The notes below the pieces were generated by a model, which saw only the letters and a program-made list of their open reading frames with translations, had not been told where the DNA came from and searched no databases. A DNA stretch of 64,000 bases from the NCBI RefSeq assembly GCF_035594765.1, contig NC_085846.1, positions 20,509,190-20,573,189 on the forward strand. The letters run 5' to 3'. The first letter of the stretch is position 1, and each line of letters opens with the position of its first letter. Position numbers and translations under genes: made by a program. Source of the stretch: Anolis carolinensis. Its lineage: Eukaryota. Positions 48,453 to 58,284 of this stretch are shown piece after piece.

Positions 48453-50209
48453 GAAAGTTGTGAAGAAAATAGTGGTTTATAACCTTTCTTAACATTCTAG
48501 GGGTTTCTCAATTGTTTTTGCCTTGAAAACTAATATTCCTGTCCCTTTCTTTCTGCCCTGTGGTATTTACTCTTCCGTATTTTTACTCTTTCTTTTGACC
48601 GCCTTAAAATTGTATACTTTAGCTTATAGGACTTACTCACTGAGATGATGGAAGAATTTTAGATGTTTGCTGCATTCAGGCATGTGGCTCATGATATGAA
48701 TGAAGGTAACACGTTTCCTGAATGCTTACACAGTCACTATTAAGCGTTGCTGTAGAAATGTCATTTGGGCTGCAATCTTACATTTGTTTATATGGAAGTA
48801 AGGCCCACTGAGTATAATAGGTTTTAATTTTTTATTGATGTGTAAACAATATTTGAGTTAATATGGAGATTTTTTTTTCTTGGGCACCTCACTTGGAGAA
48901 TTTTCAGGAATCACCAGTGTTTTTATTTTTCAAAAAATGTCAGAGAAGAGAGGAACTATGTATTGGTAGAAAATTGTTCCTTGAAGTAACAAAGTAAAAT
49001 TCTGGGTCTGGGATTTTATGAAGAATTAATTTTGTTTGCAGACTTTTTGATCCTGATATTCTTTAGTATATGCACATCTTTGTGATTTAGCCATGTTTGT
49101 GTAACAGATACAAGCATCGATTTTACCAGATTGAACGTTCTTCATTCTTCTTTCTGATTTTTTTTTCTGTTCCCCTTATTTTTTCATTTTTCATAACTTT
49201 TTCTTAGGTTTTATACATGTGACCACTGTGACATTTAAAGCTGTCTTAAGCCAAATGAGAGCATTGTTCTAGCAGGCGTAATAATACCTAAACTGACTGA
49301 CTAGATCTGCAATCAGATATCGTTTCCACCTTTACCTAAAAATCCAGGTAACTATTCTGAAACTTTTGTTTCAAATTCTATGATTTACTGTACTGTTGAG
49401 GTATTGTTCTTTCTTGCTTTATATATTGAAATAGTAAGTTACAATTTACGTTGTAACTCTTGATTTTCACTGCCAAATAATGATTTGATAATGACACTAG
49501 AATATTTTTCCACTGATGCTCTACAATACACCCATTGTCCATTCTATTATATGCATGTGTATGTCTTTTTTCTGAATAAGTCTGAAAGGGTATCTTATAA
49601 ACCTATGACATTAATTAGGGAAGCAAGTTGGTAGCATAAACTTCTGTAGACTTAAGTCTGCTTTATGAGTGCATTGAGTGAAGTTTCTGAGGACAAATCT
49701 TTATAGTCATTAAAGAGCATGTTAAATATGTAAAATTGCAATAAATGGTAAAACTTGTTGATATGGTGACAAATGCAGTATTGCTGCTGAAGGACAACAG
49801 CAGTAGAAACATATTGTCTAAAGCCAAGATGATACCAGCCATATGAAGTCTGTCTTCTTAATCAAGAAATATTATTTTTGAAGTCCTCAATCTGACTTCT
49901 TTTCCTTTTGGGTTCACTTTGGGTTAACCCAAATTCCCAAAACCTTGAACCTGCAAAGATCTCACAGAGAGTTAGAGCCTGGGAATGTTTTCTCCCAAAC
50001 AGTATACCCAGGCACTGTGCTTATTGCTATGCACATTGAACTATGCTTTTGGTCCTAAGTTTGAAATATTGCTTTAAATGAAGTAGAGGCAGGTTGTGTG
50101 TTGGTTATCATAACTATGAGAATAAAATGAAAAGCACTTTAAGTACTGCATTTCCATGTCTTTTATGGCTATTCTGACAACTGTTCATCTGCTTCCCTTC
50201 ACAGGCAAC

Positions 50210-51172
50210 ATGCATATTGAAGAGCAAAGGCCTATAAATAAATCCTCTCTGTCTGAGTTTATACTTCTGGAATTTTCAGAGGTTTGGGAGATCAGACTTT
50301 TGTACTTTGTGGCATTGCTTATTGTTTACCTGACAACAGCTGCAGGAAATATTCTCATCATCACTGGAATCATCTCTGACTATCGCTTGCATACCCCCAT
50401 GTACTTCTTTCTGATGAACTTGGCCATACAAGACGTGGGACAAGTTTCAGTCATTTTCCCAAAATCCATGGCCAATTCCCTCACGAACACTAGATCAATT
50501 TCTTATTGTGGATGTGTTGCTCAAGTTTTCTTTTATACATTCTTTGTAGCATCTGATTTTTCCCTTCTGACAGTCATGGCATATGATCGGTATGTTGCCA
50601 TTTGCAATCCACTGCAATATGAGATAGTGATGAATAGGCAAGCCTGCTTTCATATGGTTACTACTGTAGTGATTGTTAATTTGTTCTATGGAGTGTTGCA
50701 CACTGGAGGCACCTTTGCTCCCACCTTCTGCTCCAATGTTGTCAATCAGTTTTTCTGTGAACTCCCACACTTACTGAAACTTGTCTGTACTGACCTGTAT
50801 CTAGTTGAGGTTGGAGCTATTTTGCTCAGTGCTATGGTTCTATTTGGCTGCTTTGTTTTCATTATTGTGACTTATGTGCACATTTTCACTACAGTTATGA
50901 GAATGCCTTCTGTGCAAACAAGGCAAAAAGCTTTTTCAACTTGCCTTCCACACCTTATCGTTTGCTCTATATTTGTAGTTACTGGACTCTTGGCTTACCT
51001 GAAACCCACCTCTAATTCCCCAGCACATCCCGACCTTGCACTAGCAATGATTTATTCTATAGTTCCACCTTTGATAAATCCAGTAATTTATAGCATGAGA
51101 AATAAGGAAATAAAGTATGCTGTGAAAAAGCTACTGAATTTGAGGTTCAGAAGTCTAATTTTGCAAAGTTGA
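50210..51172 (+). CDS. Olfactory receptor (family 14-like), intact, 320 aa
   Basis: NKS sequon, LHTPMYFFL, MAYDRYVAIC, KAFSTC, PPLINPVIYSMRN; acceptor AG ends at 50204, first ATG at 50210. Confidence 0.95.
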   Translation: MHIEEQRPINKSSLSEFILLEFSEVWEIRLLYFVALLIVYLTTAAGNILIITGIISDYRLHTPMYFFLMNLAIQDVGQVSVIFPKSMANSLTNTRSISYCGCVAQVFFYTFFVASDFSLLTVMAYDRYVAICNPLQYEIVMNRQACFHMVTTVVIVNLFYGVLHTGGTFAPTFCSNVVNQFFCELPHLLKLVCTDLYLVEVGAILLSAMVLFGCFVFIIVTYVHIFTTVMRMPSVQTRQKAFSTCLPHLIVCSIFVVTGLLAYLKPTSNSPAHPDLALAMIYSIVPPLINPVIYSMRNKEIKYAVKKLLNLRFRSLILQS

Positions 51173-51614
51173 TTTCTCTCCATGACTGTACTTGTATACT
51201 ACCCTGTTTCCCCGAAAATAAGACAGGGTCTTATATTAATTTTTGCTCCCAAAGATGCACTAGGTCTTATTTTCAGGGGATGTCTTATTTTTCCATGAAG
51301 AAGAGCTCACATTTATTGTTGAACAACAAAATGAACATTTATTATATATTCTAAAGTAGTTGTCATCACAAACCAGCATAACCAGACAAACTATGAATCC
51401 TATCAAGAATTTCTTGTTACTACCATTATTTACATGTACAACAATGTCAGAACCCTGCTACTAGAGCCTGGATGTGGCTCTGAGTTTCAGGGTCACTGAC
51501 AGTGATAAGACACCTGCGTCCCAGGACTCGGAGGAGAAACGGCTGATGGACTTGGCGGGGAATTTGCGCGGGGTTTTACTGAGCGGGAAGAGACTGTTCA
51601 AATGAGGGGGAGGG

Positions 51615-51655
51615 TATATAAAGGAGGGTTGGCCGGAGCCTCCCATTCTTGGCTT
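51615..51655 (+). promoter_or_regulatory. LTR core promoter: TATA box and initiator
   Basis: TATATAAA at 51615; Inr-like CCATTCT with A at 51645, 30 nt downstream. Confidence 0.8.
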
Positions 51656-51749
51656 TTCTGATGTTCATGTTTCCTACAGTAAAAGTTCCTGGTGATACCA
51701 CAGAGAGTCTCGTGTGTTCATTCAGGAGCGGCTGTGGTGAGCTGACACT

Positions 51750-51760
51750 AAGCCAAGAAT
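51750..51760 (+). other. Self-priming primer-binding site
   Basis: AAGCCAAGAAT is the exact reverse complement of ATTCTTGGCTT (51645-51655), the predicted transcript 5' end. Confidence 0.85.
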
Positions 51761-51795
51761 ACGGACACCATCCCGCTGTAGCGGTGAGGTGTAAC

Positions 51796-54700
51796 ATGCA
51801 AGTGGAGGATGAAGAGCTCTTGGGCGCCGGAGGAGGAAGGTCGGAAAGGGCCACTCCCGAGACGGACGCTGAGTTCCACCAGCTGGCGGCCCTGGCGTCA
51901 TCCACCGCTTATGCCCAGCCAAATGGGGTAACCCAGAGGCGCGGAGTGGTGCGGGGAGATAGCACCGGAGGAGAGGAAGGTTCACCTTCCCCAGGCCCGC
52001 AAAAGATGGTGTTTCTGGAGGAGAGGATGTCGGCGATGGAGACCACCCTGGCAGTGATGTCGAGGGCGATGGAGCGCCTGGCGGTTTTGGCGGAGCCGGA
52101 GCGAGGAAGGGAACTCCGGGCTAGCTCAATGTGGGACGTGAGCATGGGAAGCAGCCAGGGCTTTGCAGACCTCCCAGCACCGAAGGGAAGGGAAATGCGA
52201 AAGGAGCCCGGTGCCCGGCCCAAGATCCAAACGAGCCTGACGCGGGTGGAGGAGAGTGACGACGAAGGGGAAAAGCCTCCGAGAATCCCGGCTACGCTCC
52301 CAACTGAGACCCTGGTGCCCCTGGCGAATGCCGGGCGTGGCACAGGACAAAGGGAAGCAGCAGCGGGGCCCACTGGCCCGCAAGGGGGCTTGCGACGGGC
52401 GGAGAATTGGGGATTGCCACCACAGGGACCCCTACCGAGACGAGAGGAACTAAGGATCGAGTTTGGGGGAGAGTCCTCTGAACTGGATTTTTTCCTGACC
52501 ACGGTGAGGGGCTATATGGAGGACAATGCCCACACTTTTAGAACGGAATCCAGCCGGGTACGGGCCATTGGTGCAGTGTTGAAGAGGGGAGCGGCCAGCT
52601 GGTACGTTCAACTACACGCGCGGCGCGACCCATGTCTGGGGTCACTCCGACGCTTTATGGGGGCCCTGGAGACCCGTTTCCGAGATCCACTGGAGCAGAT
52701 CCGGGCGAGGGAGGAGTTGAAGACCGTCTCCCAGGGGCAGAGGTCGGTATCTGAGTATGCGGAGGAGTTCCAATGCCTCGCTGAAAAGGTGCCGGAATGG
52801 TCTGCAGTGACAAAGATAGAACTCTTCAAAGAGGGGCTCAGGCGGGAGATCCTCTCCTGGGCGGTGCATCGTGATGAGCCTGACACACTGCGCGGATGGA
52901 TTCAGCTGGCGGGGCGCATCGAGACATCGCTGGCCCAGGCGAGGAGGCACCGAGGAGGGCTACAGCAGCGGCCGCAGATGAAAGAGGGGAGCCGGAAGGA
53001 GGGATCAACCCCAGCCGGGAGGAGAACGGAGCCGACAGGGAACGTGAGCACCAGCAGGAGGGGCTGCTTCGTGTGCGGCCGTTTGGGCCACAGGGCTGCC
53101 GAGTGCTGGCAGAGAAAAGGGGAAGGCGGAGGCCCGCCCAAACCAAGAGCCGTGGCAGGGAAACGCGCCGAGGAAGAACCACCGATGAGGCACCACTCGG
53201 GGGGGTTGGTAAGTCAGGACAAAGCCATGATAGTGGTCCCCATTCAGCTGGAAAGTGGCAGCAAACAAGCAACCTGCAAAGCATTTGTGGATTGTGGATG
53301 TTCCAGGAACATCATCTCCCCTGAATTAGCCGAGGGATTGGGGTGCGAAAGAACGAACCTAGAATCCCCAATAGCTTTTTCGCAGTTGGACGGATCCACA
53401 GCATCGGGATCATTAGCTAAGTACAGTGCCGAAGATGTAAAGTGTAAGATAGGGAGTTGGGAAGGAAAGGTGTCATTTGTGATATCACAAATAGCCAGCT
53501 ATAATGTTATACTAGGCATGCCATGGCTGGGGCAGGCCAACCCGCAAATCAACTGGGAGGATAAGAGCATGATCTTCAGGATGAAGTTGGAAGGAGGGAG
53601 CCAGGAAGTGGAAAGGGAGCCGGGGAAAAGGGGGGAGGAAGACTCTATCAGGATAGCAGAACTGGCAGATAAATTACCCCCAGAGTATCGGGATTTTGTG
53701 GACGTATTCGATGAGAAGGAAGCAGACAGTTTCCCACCGAAGCGGAGAGTTGAAGTGAAGATAGAGCTAGTCCCAGGAGCAGAGCTTCCTAAGGCAAAAA
53801 TATACCCAATGTCGGCTAGGGAAAAGGAGGAACTGAGAAAATACATTGATAAAAACCTAGCGAGGGGTTTCATAGAGCCTTCAAATTCCCCTCTAGGGGC
53901 GCCTGTGTTGTTCAGGCGCAAAAAGGACCAAACGCTGAGGCTCTGCATTGACTACAGGGGCCTGAATGCAATCAGTTCTGGAAATAAATACCCCCTACCT
54001 TTAGTGAAGGACTTGATCGCCCAGTTATCGGAGGGACAGATATTCACTAAATTGGACTTAATTGAAGCGTACCATAAATTGCAGATTAAACCAGAGGACA
54101 GGTGGAAGACGGCCTTCTCCTGTGCATTCGGATTATTCAATTATCGTGTGCTCCCTTTCGGTTTGTGCGGCGGAGGCGCCGCGTTCATGCAATTAATCAA
54201 CGAAGTGTTGCATCCATTGTTGTACAAGGGAGTCTTTGTTTTTTTAGATGACATATTGTTAGTATCTCGGACTAAGGAGCAACACATAGAACTAGTCAGG
54301 GAAGTCCTGCAAAAGTTGAGAGAAGCAAAACTGTATGCGAAGCTTGCCAAGTGCGAGTTCAATAAAGACCAGATAGACTTTCTGGGGTATAGGATTTCCT
54401 CCCAGGGAGTGGCGATGGACCCTGCGAAGGTAGAAGACGTGAGGGGGTGGGAAGCCCCCAAAACACGGAAGCAGCTGCAATCCTTCCTAGGGTTCGCAAA
54501 CTTCTATAGAACATTTATCAAGGACTTTGCGCGCCTCACTTTGCCATTAACGGATTTGTTAAAGACTAAAGGTAGGGGAGAAACAGCCAAAGTGAAGGCC
54601 CCAGGGGCCAAACTGACCTGGACAATAGAATGCCAGGAAGCTTTCGAAGCCCTAAAAAAGCGTTTTACTGAGGAGCCTGTCCTACAGCACCCTGATATGT

Positions 54701-56412
54701 CTAAAGCCTTTGTATTACATTGCGATGCGTCAGACCGGGCATATGGGGCAGTTCTGCTACAGAAAGACGAGGGGGGGAACCTGAAGCCATGTGGCTATCT
54801 GTCAAAAAAGTTTAGCGATACAGAAAAAAACTGGCCGATTTGGGAGAGAGAAGCCTTAGCGATTCTAAAAGCACTAGAGTGCTGGAGACACTTTCTGGAA
54901 GGAAGTGGAACACCGTTTGAGGTGTGGACTGACCATAGAAATTTACAGTATCTAAGATCCCCTCGTAAACTATCAGCGAAGCAAATTAGATGGGCCCAAT
55001 ATTTCAGCCGTTTTGATTTCAGACTCAGATTCTTCCAGGGGAAACATAATATACTCGCTGACGCTCTCTCTCGGATGCCTCAGCACGGGGGAGGAATTCA
55101 GGAATCTGAAGGGAGTATTTTTCTTGATAAGCAATGGGGCCTGGCAGTACTAACTCGAACACAAGCGGCCAAAGAAAACAAACGTACTGCCATTTCCACG
55201 GGGGGAGGAGAAATATGGGAGGAAGAGTTGAAGCGAGCGTATGGAATGGACAAATGGTTACAAACAAACAAAGAAAAGGGAGAATTGTGTGGGGATTTGG
55301 TGTTTGTAAATAAGAAATTGTATATTCCTGAATGTTTAAGACGAGAAATGTTAAGGAAGTACCATGATAACAAGGGTGCGGGTCATCTAGGCCCCACCAG
55401 GACTATTAAACTGTTGGCCAAACAATGCTGGTGGCCCGGAATGAGGAAAGACGCCAGGGGATACGTCACGCAGTGTGAATTATGTGCAGAGGGAAAAACA
55501 CCACCGGGGAAGCCCCAGGGGCTATTGCAGAAGGTGGTGGAGGCCATGAGGCCATGGGAATGCGTAGCCATGGATTTTGTAGGCGAACTACCCCCCAGCA
55601 GAGGCCACAGATACATTTGGACAATATTGGACCTATTCTCAAAACAGGCACACTTTGTGGCTCTGCCAAAACTTCCTTCAGCTGAAAAACTTGCTGATTT
55701 GTATGTGAAGCATGTATATCGCCTACATGGGTGTCCCGACAAGATAATTAGTGACCGGGGAGTCCAATTTACTGCAAAATTTTGGGGAAAATTCTTACAG
55801 CTGTTAGGAGCAGAAAGGAACCTGAGCTCGGCCTTTCATCCCGCGACCAACGGGGGGGTCGAACGTACCCAACAGACACTGTGCCAATTCTTAAGGATGT
55901 ACACCAATTATAGACAGGATGATTGGGCGGACCTTCTTCCGTTTGCTGAGATGGCTTTTAACGGGGCCGTACATTCGGCCACAGGTCGTGCCCCATTCGA
56001 AATAGTATACGGACAGGAGGTGGCACCTTTCCCCAGGCTACCCGAGTGGAAGGAAGGGGAGGGCCAGACCGACGAGGAATGGCCGGCCAAAATCAAGCAA
56101 GGGTGGCAAACCGTGGTAGAGGCATTGCGGGAAACACAAAAGAAGTACAAGCTCTTTGCGGATCGTAGGCGCCGAGAGGGGGACAAATTGGGCGAAGGAG
56201 ATCTGGTTTGGCTGAGCACAAAAAACCTGAAATTGGGGTTCCCATCCAAGAAATTGGCTCCACGCTATATAGGGCCATTCAGGGTAGCAAAAAGAATAAA
56301 CGAAGTGACCTATGAGCTGAGGCTACCAAAGGACCTAGGAAAGGTACACCCGGTATTCCATTGCAGCCTGTTAAAAAAGTATAAAGGAACTCTGGACAGC
56401 GGAGAACAATAG
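51796..56412 (+). CDS. Gag-Pol polyprotein (capsid, CCHC, protease, RT, RNase H, integrase; no chromodomain, no env)
   Basis: FGGESSELDFFL capsid-like start, CFVCGRLGHRAAEC, FVDCG, FLDD, CDAS/ERE/TDH/ADALSR, HHCC + MDF/SDRG/VER, GPF; start uncertain (in-frame ATGs also at 51661 and 51667). Confidence 0.95.
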   Translation: MQVEDEELLGAGGGRSERATPETDAEFHQLAALASSTAYAQPNGVTQRRGVVRGDSTGGEEGSPSPGPQKMVFLEERMSAMETTLAVMSRAMERLAVLAEPERGRELRASSMWDVSMGSSQGFADLPAPKGREMRKEPGARPKIQTSLTRVEESDDEGEKPPRIPATLPTETLVPLANAGRGTGQREAAAGPTGPQGGLRRAENWGLPPQGPLPRREELRIEFGGESSELDFFLTTVRGYMEDNAHTFRTESSRVRAIGAVLKRGAASWYVQLHARRDPCLGSLRRFMGALETRFRDPLEQIRAREELKTVSQGQRSVSEYAEEFQCLAEKVPEWSAVTKIELFKEGLRREILSWAVHRDEPDTLRGWIQLAGRIETSLAQARRHRGGLQQRPQMKEGSRKEGSTPAGRRTEPTGNVSTSRRGCFVCGRLGHRAAECWQRKGEGGGPPKPRAVAGKRAEEEPPMRHHSGGLVSQDKAMIVVPIQLESGSKQATCKAFVDCGCSRNIISPELAEGLGCERTNLESPIAFSQLDGSTASGSLAKYSAEDVKCKIGSWEGKVSFVISQIASYNVILGMPWLGQANPQINWEDKSMIFRMKLEGGSQEVEREPGKRGEEDSIRIAELADKLPPEYRDFVDVFDEKEADSFPPKRRVEVKIELVPGAELPKAKIYPMSAREKEELRKYIDKNLARGFIEPSNSPLGAPVLFRRKKDQTLRLCIDYRGLNAISSGNKYPLPLVKDLIAQLSEGQIFTKLDLIEAYHKLQIKPEDRWKTAFSCAFGLFNYRVLPFGLCGGGAAFMQLINEVLHPLLYKGVFVFLDDILLVSRTKEQHIELVREVLQKLREAKLYAKLAKCEFNKDQIDFLGYRISSQGVAMDPAKVEDVRGWEAPKTRKQLQSFLGFANFYRTFIKDFARLTLPLTDLLKTKGRGETAKVKAPGAKLTWTIECQEAFEALKKRFTEEPVLQHPDMSKAFVLHCDASDRAYGAVLLQKDEGGNLKPCGYLSKKFSDTEKNWPIWEREALAILKALECWRHFLEGSGTPFEVWTDHRNLQYLRSPRKLSAKQIRWAQYFSRFDFRLRFFQGKHNILADALSRMPQHGGGIQESEGSIFLDKQWGLAVLTRTQAAKENKRTAISTGGGEIWEEELKRAYGMDKWLQTNKEKGELCGDLVFVNKKLYIPECLRREMLRKYHDNKGAGHLGPTRTIKLLAKQCWWPGMRKDARGYVTQCELCAEGKTPPGKPQGLLQKVVEAMRPWECVAMDFVGELPPSRGHRYIWTILDLFSKQAHFVALPKLPSAEKLADLYVKHVYRLHGCPDKIISDRGVQFTAKFWGKFLQLLGAERNLSSAFHPATNGGVERTQQTLCQFLRMYTNYRQDDWADLLPFAEMAFNGAVHSATGRAPFEIVYGQEVAPFPRLPEWKEGEGQTDEEWPAKIKQGWQTVVEALRETQKKYKLFADRRRREGDKLGEGDLVWLSTKNLKLGFPSKKLAPRYIGPFRVAKRINEVTYELRLPKDLGKVHPVFHCSLLKKYKGTLDSGEQ

Positions 56413-56852
56413 TTGTGTTTAATCTTTTCCTTCCAGGACGAAGGGGAGGAGGACGCCATGTCAGAACCCTGCTACTAGAGCCTGGATGTGGCTCTGAGTT
56501 TCAGGGTCACTGACAGTGATAAGACACCTGCGTCCCAGGACTCGGAGGAGAAACGGCTGATGGACTTGGCGGGGAATTTGCGCGGGGTTTTACTGAGCGG
56601 GAAGAGACTGTTCAAATGAGGGGGAGGGTATATAAAGGAGGGTTGGCCGGAGCCTCCCATTCTTGGCTTTTCTGATGTTCATGTTTCCTACAGTAAAAGT
56701 TCCTGGTGATACCACAGAGAGTCTCGTGTGTTCATTCAGGAGCGGCTGTGGTGAGCTGACACAACAATCTATGGTACCTCTTGCAATTTAGGTTTCACAA
56801 GGTTTCCACACTGATTTCTCTCTATTCTAGTTTCAATGTAGTCATGAATGAT

Positions 56853-57422
56853 GAATAATATAATATACTATAATAATAATATGATAATATAATAATATAA
56901 TGATATACAATATATTAATGAGATAATATAATATAGGATATAATAATAACAGAAAATGATAATAATATGGTATTAATAGGATAATATAATAATGGGATAT
57001 AATAACAGAATAGCATAATAATATAATAATAATAGGATAATATAATAGAATAATAGAATGGAATAGAATGATATAAAATATATTAATAGGATAATATAAA
57101 ATGGAATATAATAATAACAGAATATGCTAATAATGATAATAATATGATAATATAATAGAATAATAGTATAAAATATAATGATATAAAATATATTAATAGG
57201 ATAATATAAAATGGAATAAAATAATAACAGAATAATAATATAATAATATGAAAATATAATAGAATAATAATAGAATAATAATATAATGATATAATAATAA
57301 TAGAAAAATATAATATAATGATATAAAATATATTAATAGGATAATATAATAATGGGATATAATAATAGTAACAGAATATGATGATAATAATATGGTAATA
57401 GAATAATAGTATAAAATAATAA
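56853..57422. repeat. AT-rich degenerate minisatellite (ATAAT/ATATAAT units) inside the MITE
   Basis: Directly visible; higher-order unit TATTAATAGGATAATATAA recurs four times. Confidence 0.9.
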
Positions 57423-57981
57423 GTTTCATGGCATAGGATAGGAATAAGGATGAGAGGAGAATCCCTATGTGTCCTGTACCTTTAAGAAGCAGAAAGAGCA
57501 GGATGAGTGGAAAGCCCTCTTCCTTCCCTCCCACCCTCCCTTGCCCTGGCTCAGGAGCCAATCAGAAGCCTTGGGGTGAAGGGAGCATGGCCAGGACGGA
57601 GCCTTGTCTCCAAAGGAAGAAACGGCAGCGCAGCAGCAGCCACGGAAGGTTTTTCAAGCCGCGTCTCTCCCTCCCTCCGGTGTGTATGAGTGCTGTTTTA
57701 GCCCTGCAGCCATGCTTCCCAATGGAACTCTGCTACAGCCTTAGTTGCTAGGTCTTACTTTCAGGGGAGGCCTTATATTTGGCAATCCCCCCAAACCCCT
57801 ACTAGGTCTTATTTTTGGGGAGGTCTTATTTTAGGGGAAACACGGTATTATTTATTTTGCTTATTTATCATATGAATTCTGGAAGGAATTGTAAATAATG
57901 AAACTTGTCAATATACTCTCAGAATAATTAACTTTCACCAGAAAAGAGAGAGAAAGAGAAAAAGCAGATGTGTGCAACATA

Positions 57982-58284
57982 AGGTAAAGGTAAAGGTTTT
58001 CCCCTGACATTAAGTCCAATTGTGTCCAACTCTGGAAGTTGGTGCTCATCTCCATTTCTAAGCCGAAGATCCGGTGTTGTCCATAGACACTTCCAAGGTC
58101 ATGTGGCCGGCATGACTGCATAGAGCGCCATTACCTTCCCGCCAGAGCAGTACCTATTGATTTGCATTTTTTGAATTGCTAGGTTGGCAGAAGCTCACTC
58201 CACTTCCCGGATTCGAACCAGCGAGCTTTCGGTCTGCAAGTTCAGCAGCTCAGTGCTTTAACACACTGCACCACCGGGAGCTCC
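57982..58284 (-). mobile_element. Sauria SINE
   Basis: Reverse complement of 45206-45530 with AAGGTAAAGGT tail; flanked by the direct repeat ATGTGTGCAACATA (TSD). Confidence 0.9.

Larger units (their letters stand above)
51445..56761 (+). mobile_element. Full-length, apparently intact Ty3/Gypsy LTR retrotransposon (Tf1/sushi-like), 5317 bp
   Basis: 303-bp LTRs 51445-51747 and 56459-56761, identical by eye (TGTCAG...CTGACA); flanking duplication CAACAA; PPT 56440-56453; single intact ORF. Confidence 0.97.
51202..57845. mobile_element. pogo/Tc2-like non-autonomous DNA transposon, split by the Gypsy insertion
   Basis: TIRs CCCTGTTTCCCCGAAAATAAGAC / GTCTTATTTTAGGGGAAACACGG, TA TSD, subterminal GGTCTTAT repeats. 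Confidence 0.85.

Noticed and set aside
51748-51770. tRNA primer-binding site
   Set aside because: No TGG start; explained better by the 11-nt self-complementarity.
51576-56278. Many antisense and alternative-frame ORFs inside the Gypsy element
   Set aside because: Expected shadows of a GC-rich long ORF; no recognisable domains and no env-like ORF.
56853-57422. Repeat-spacer (CRISPR-like) array or hydrophobic ORF 57193-57561
   Set aside because: Low-complexity AT minisatellite in a eukaryotic MITE; no unique spacers and no cas genes.
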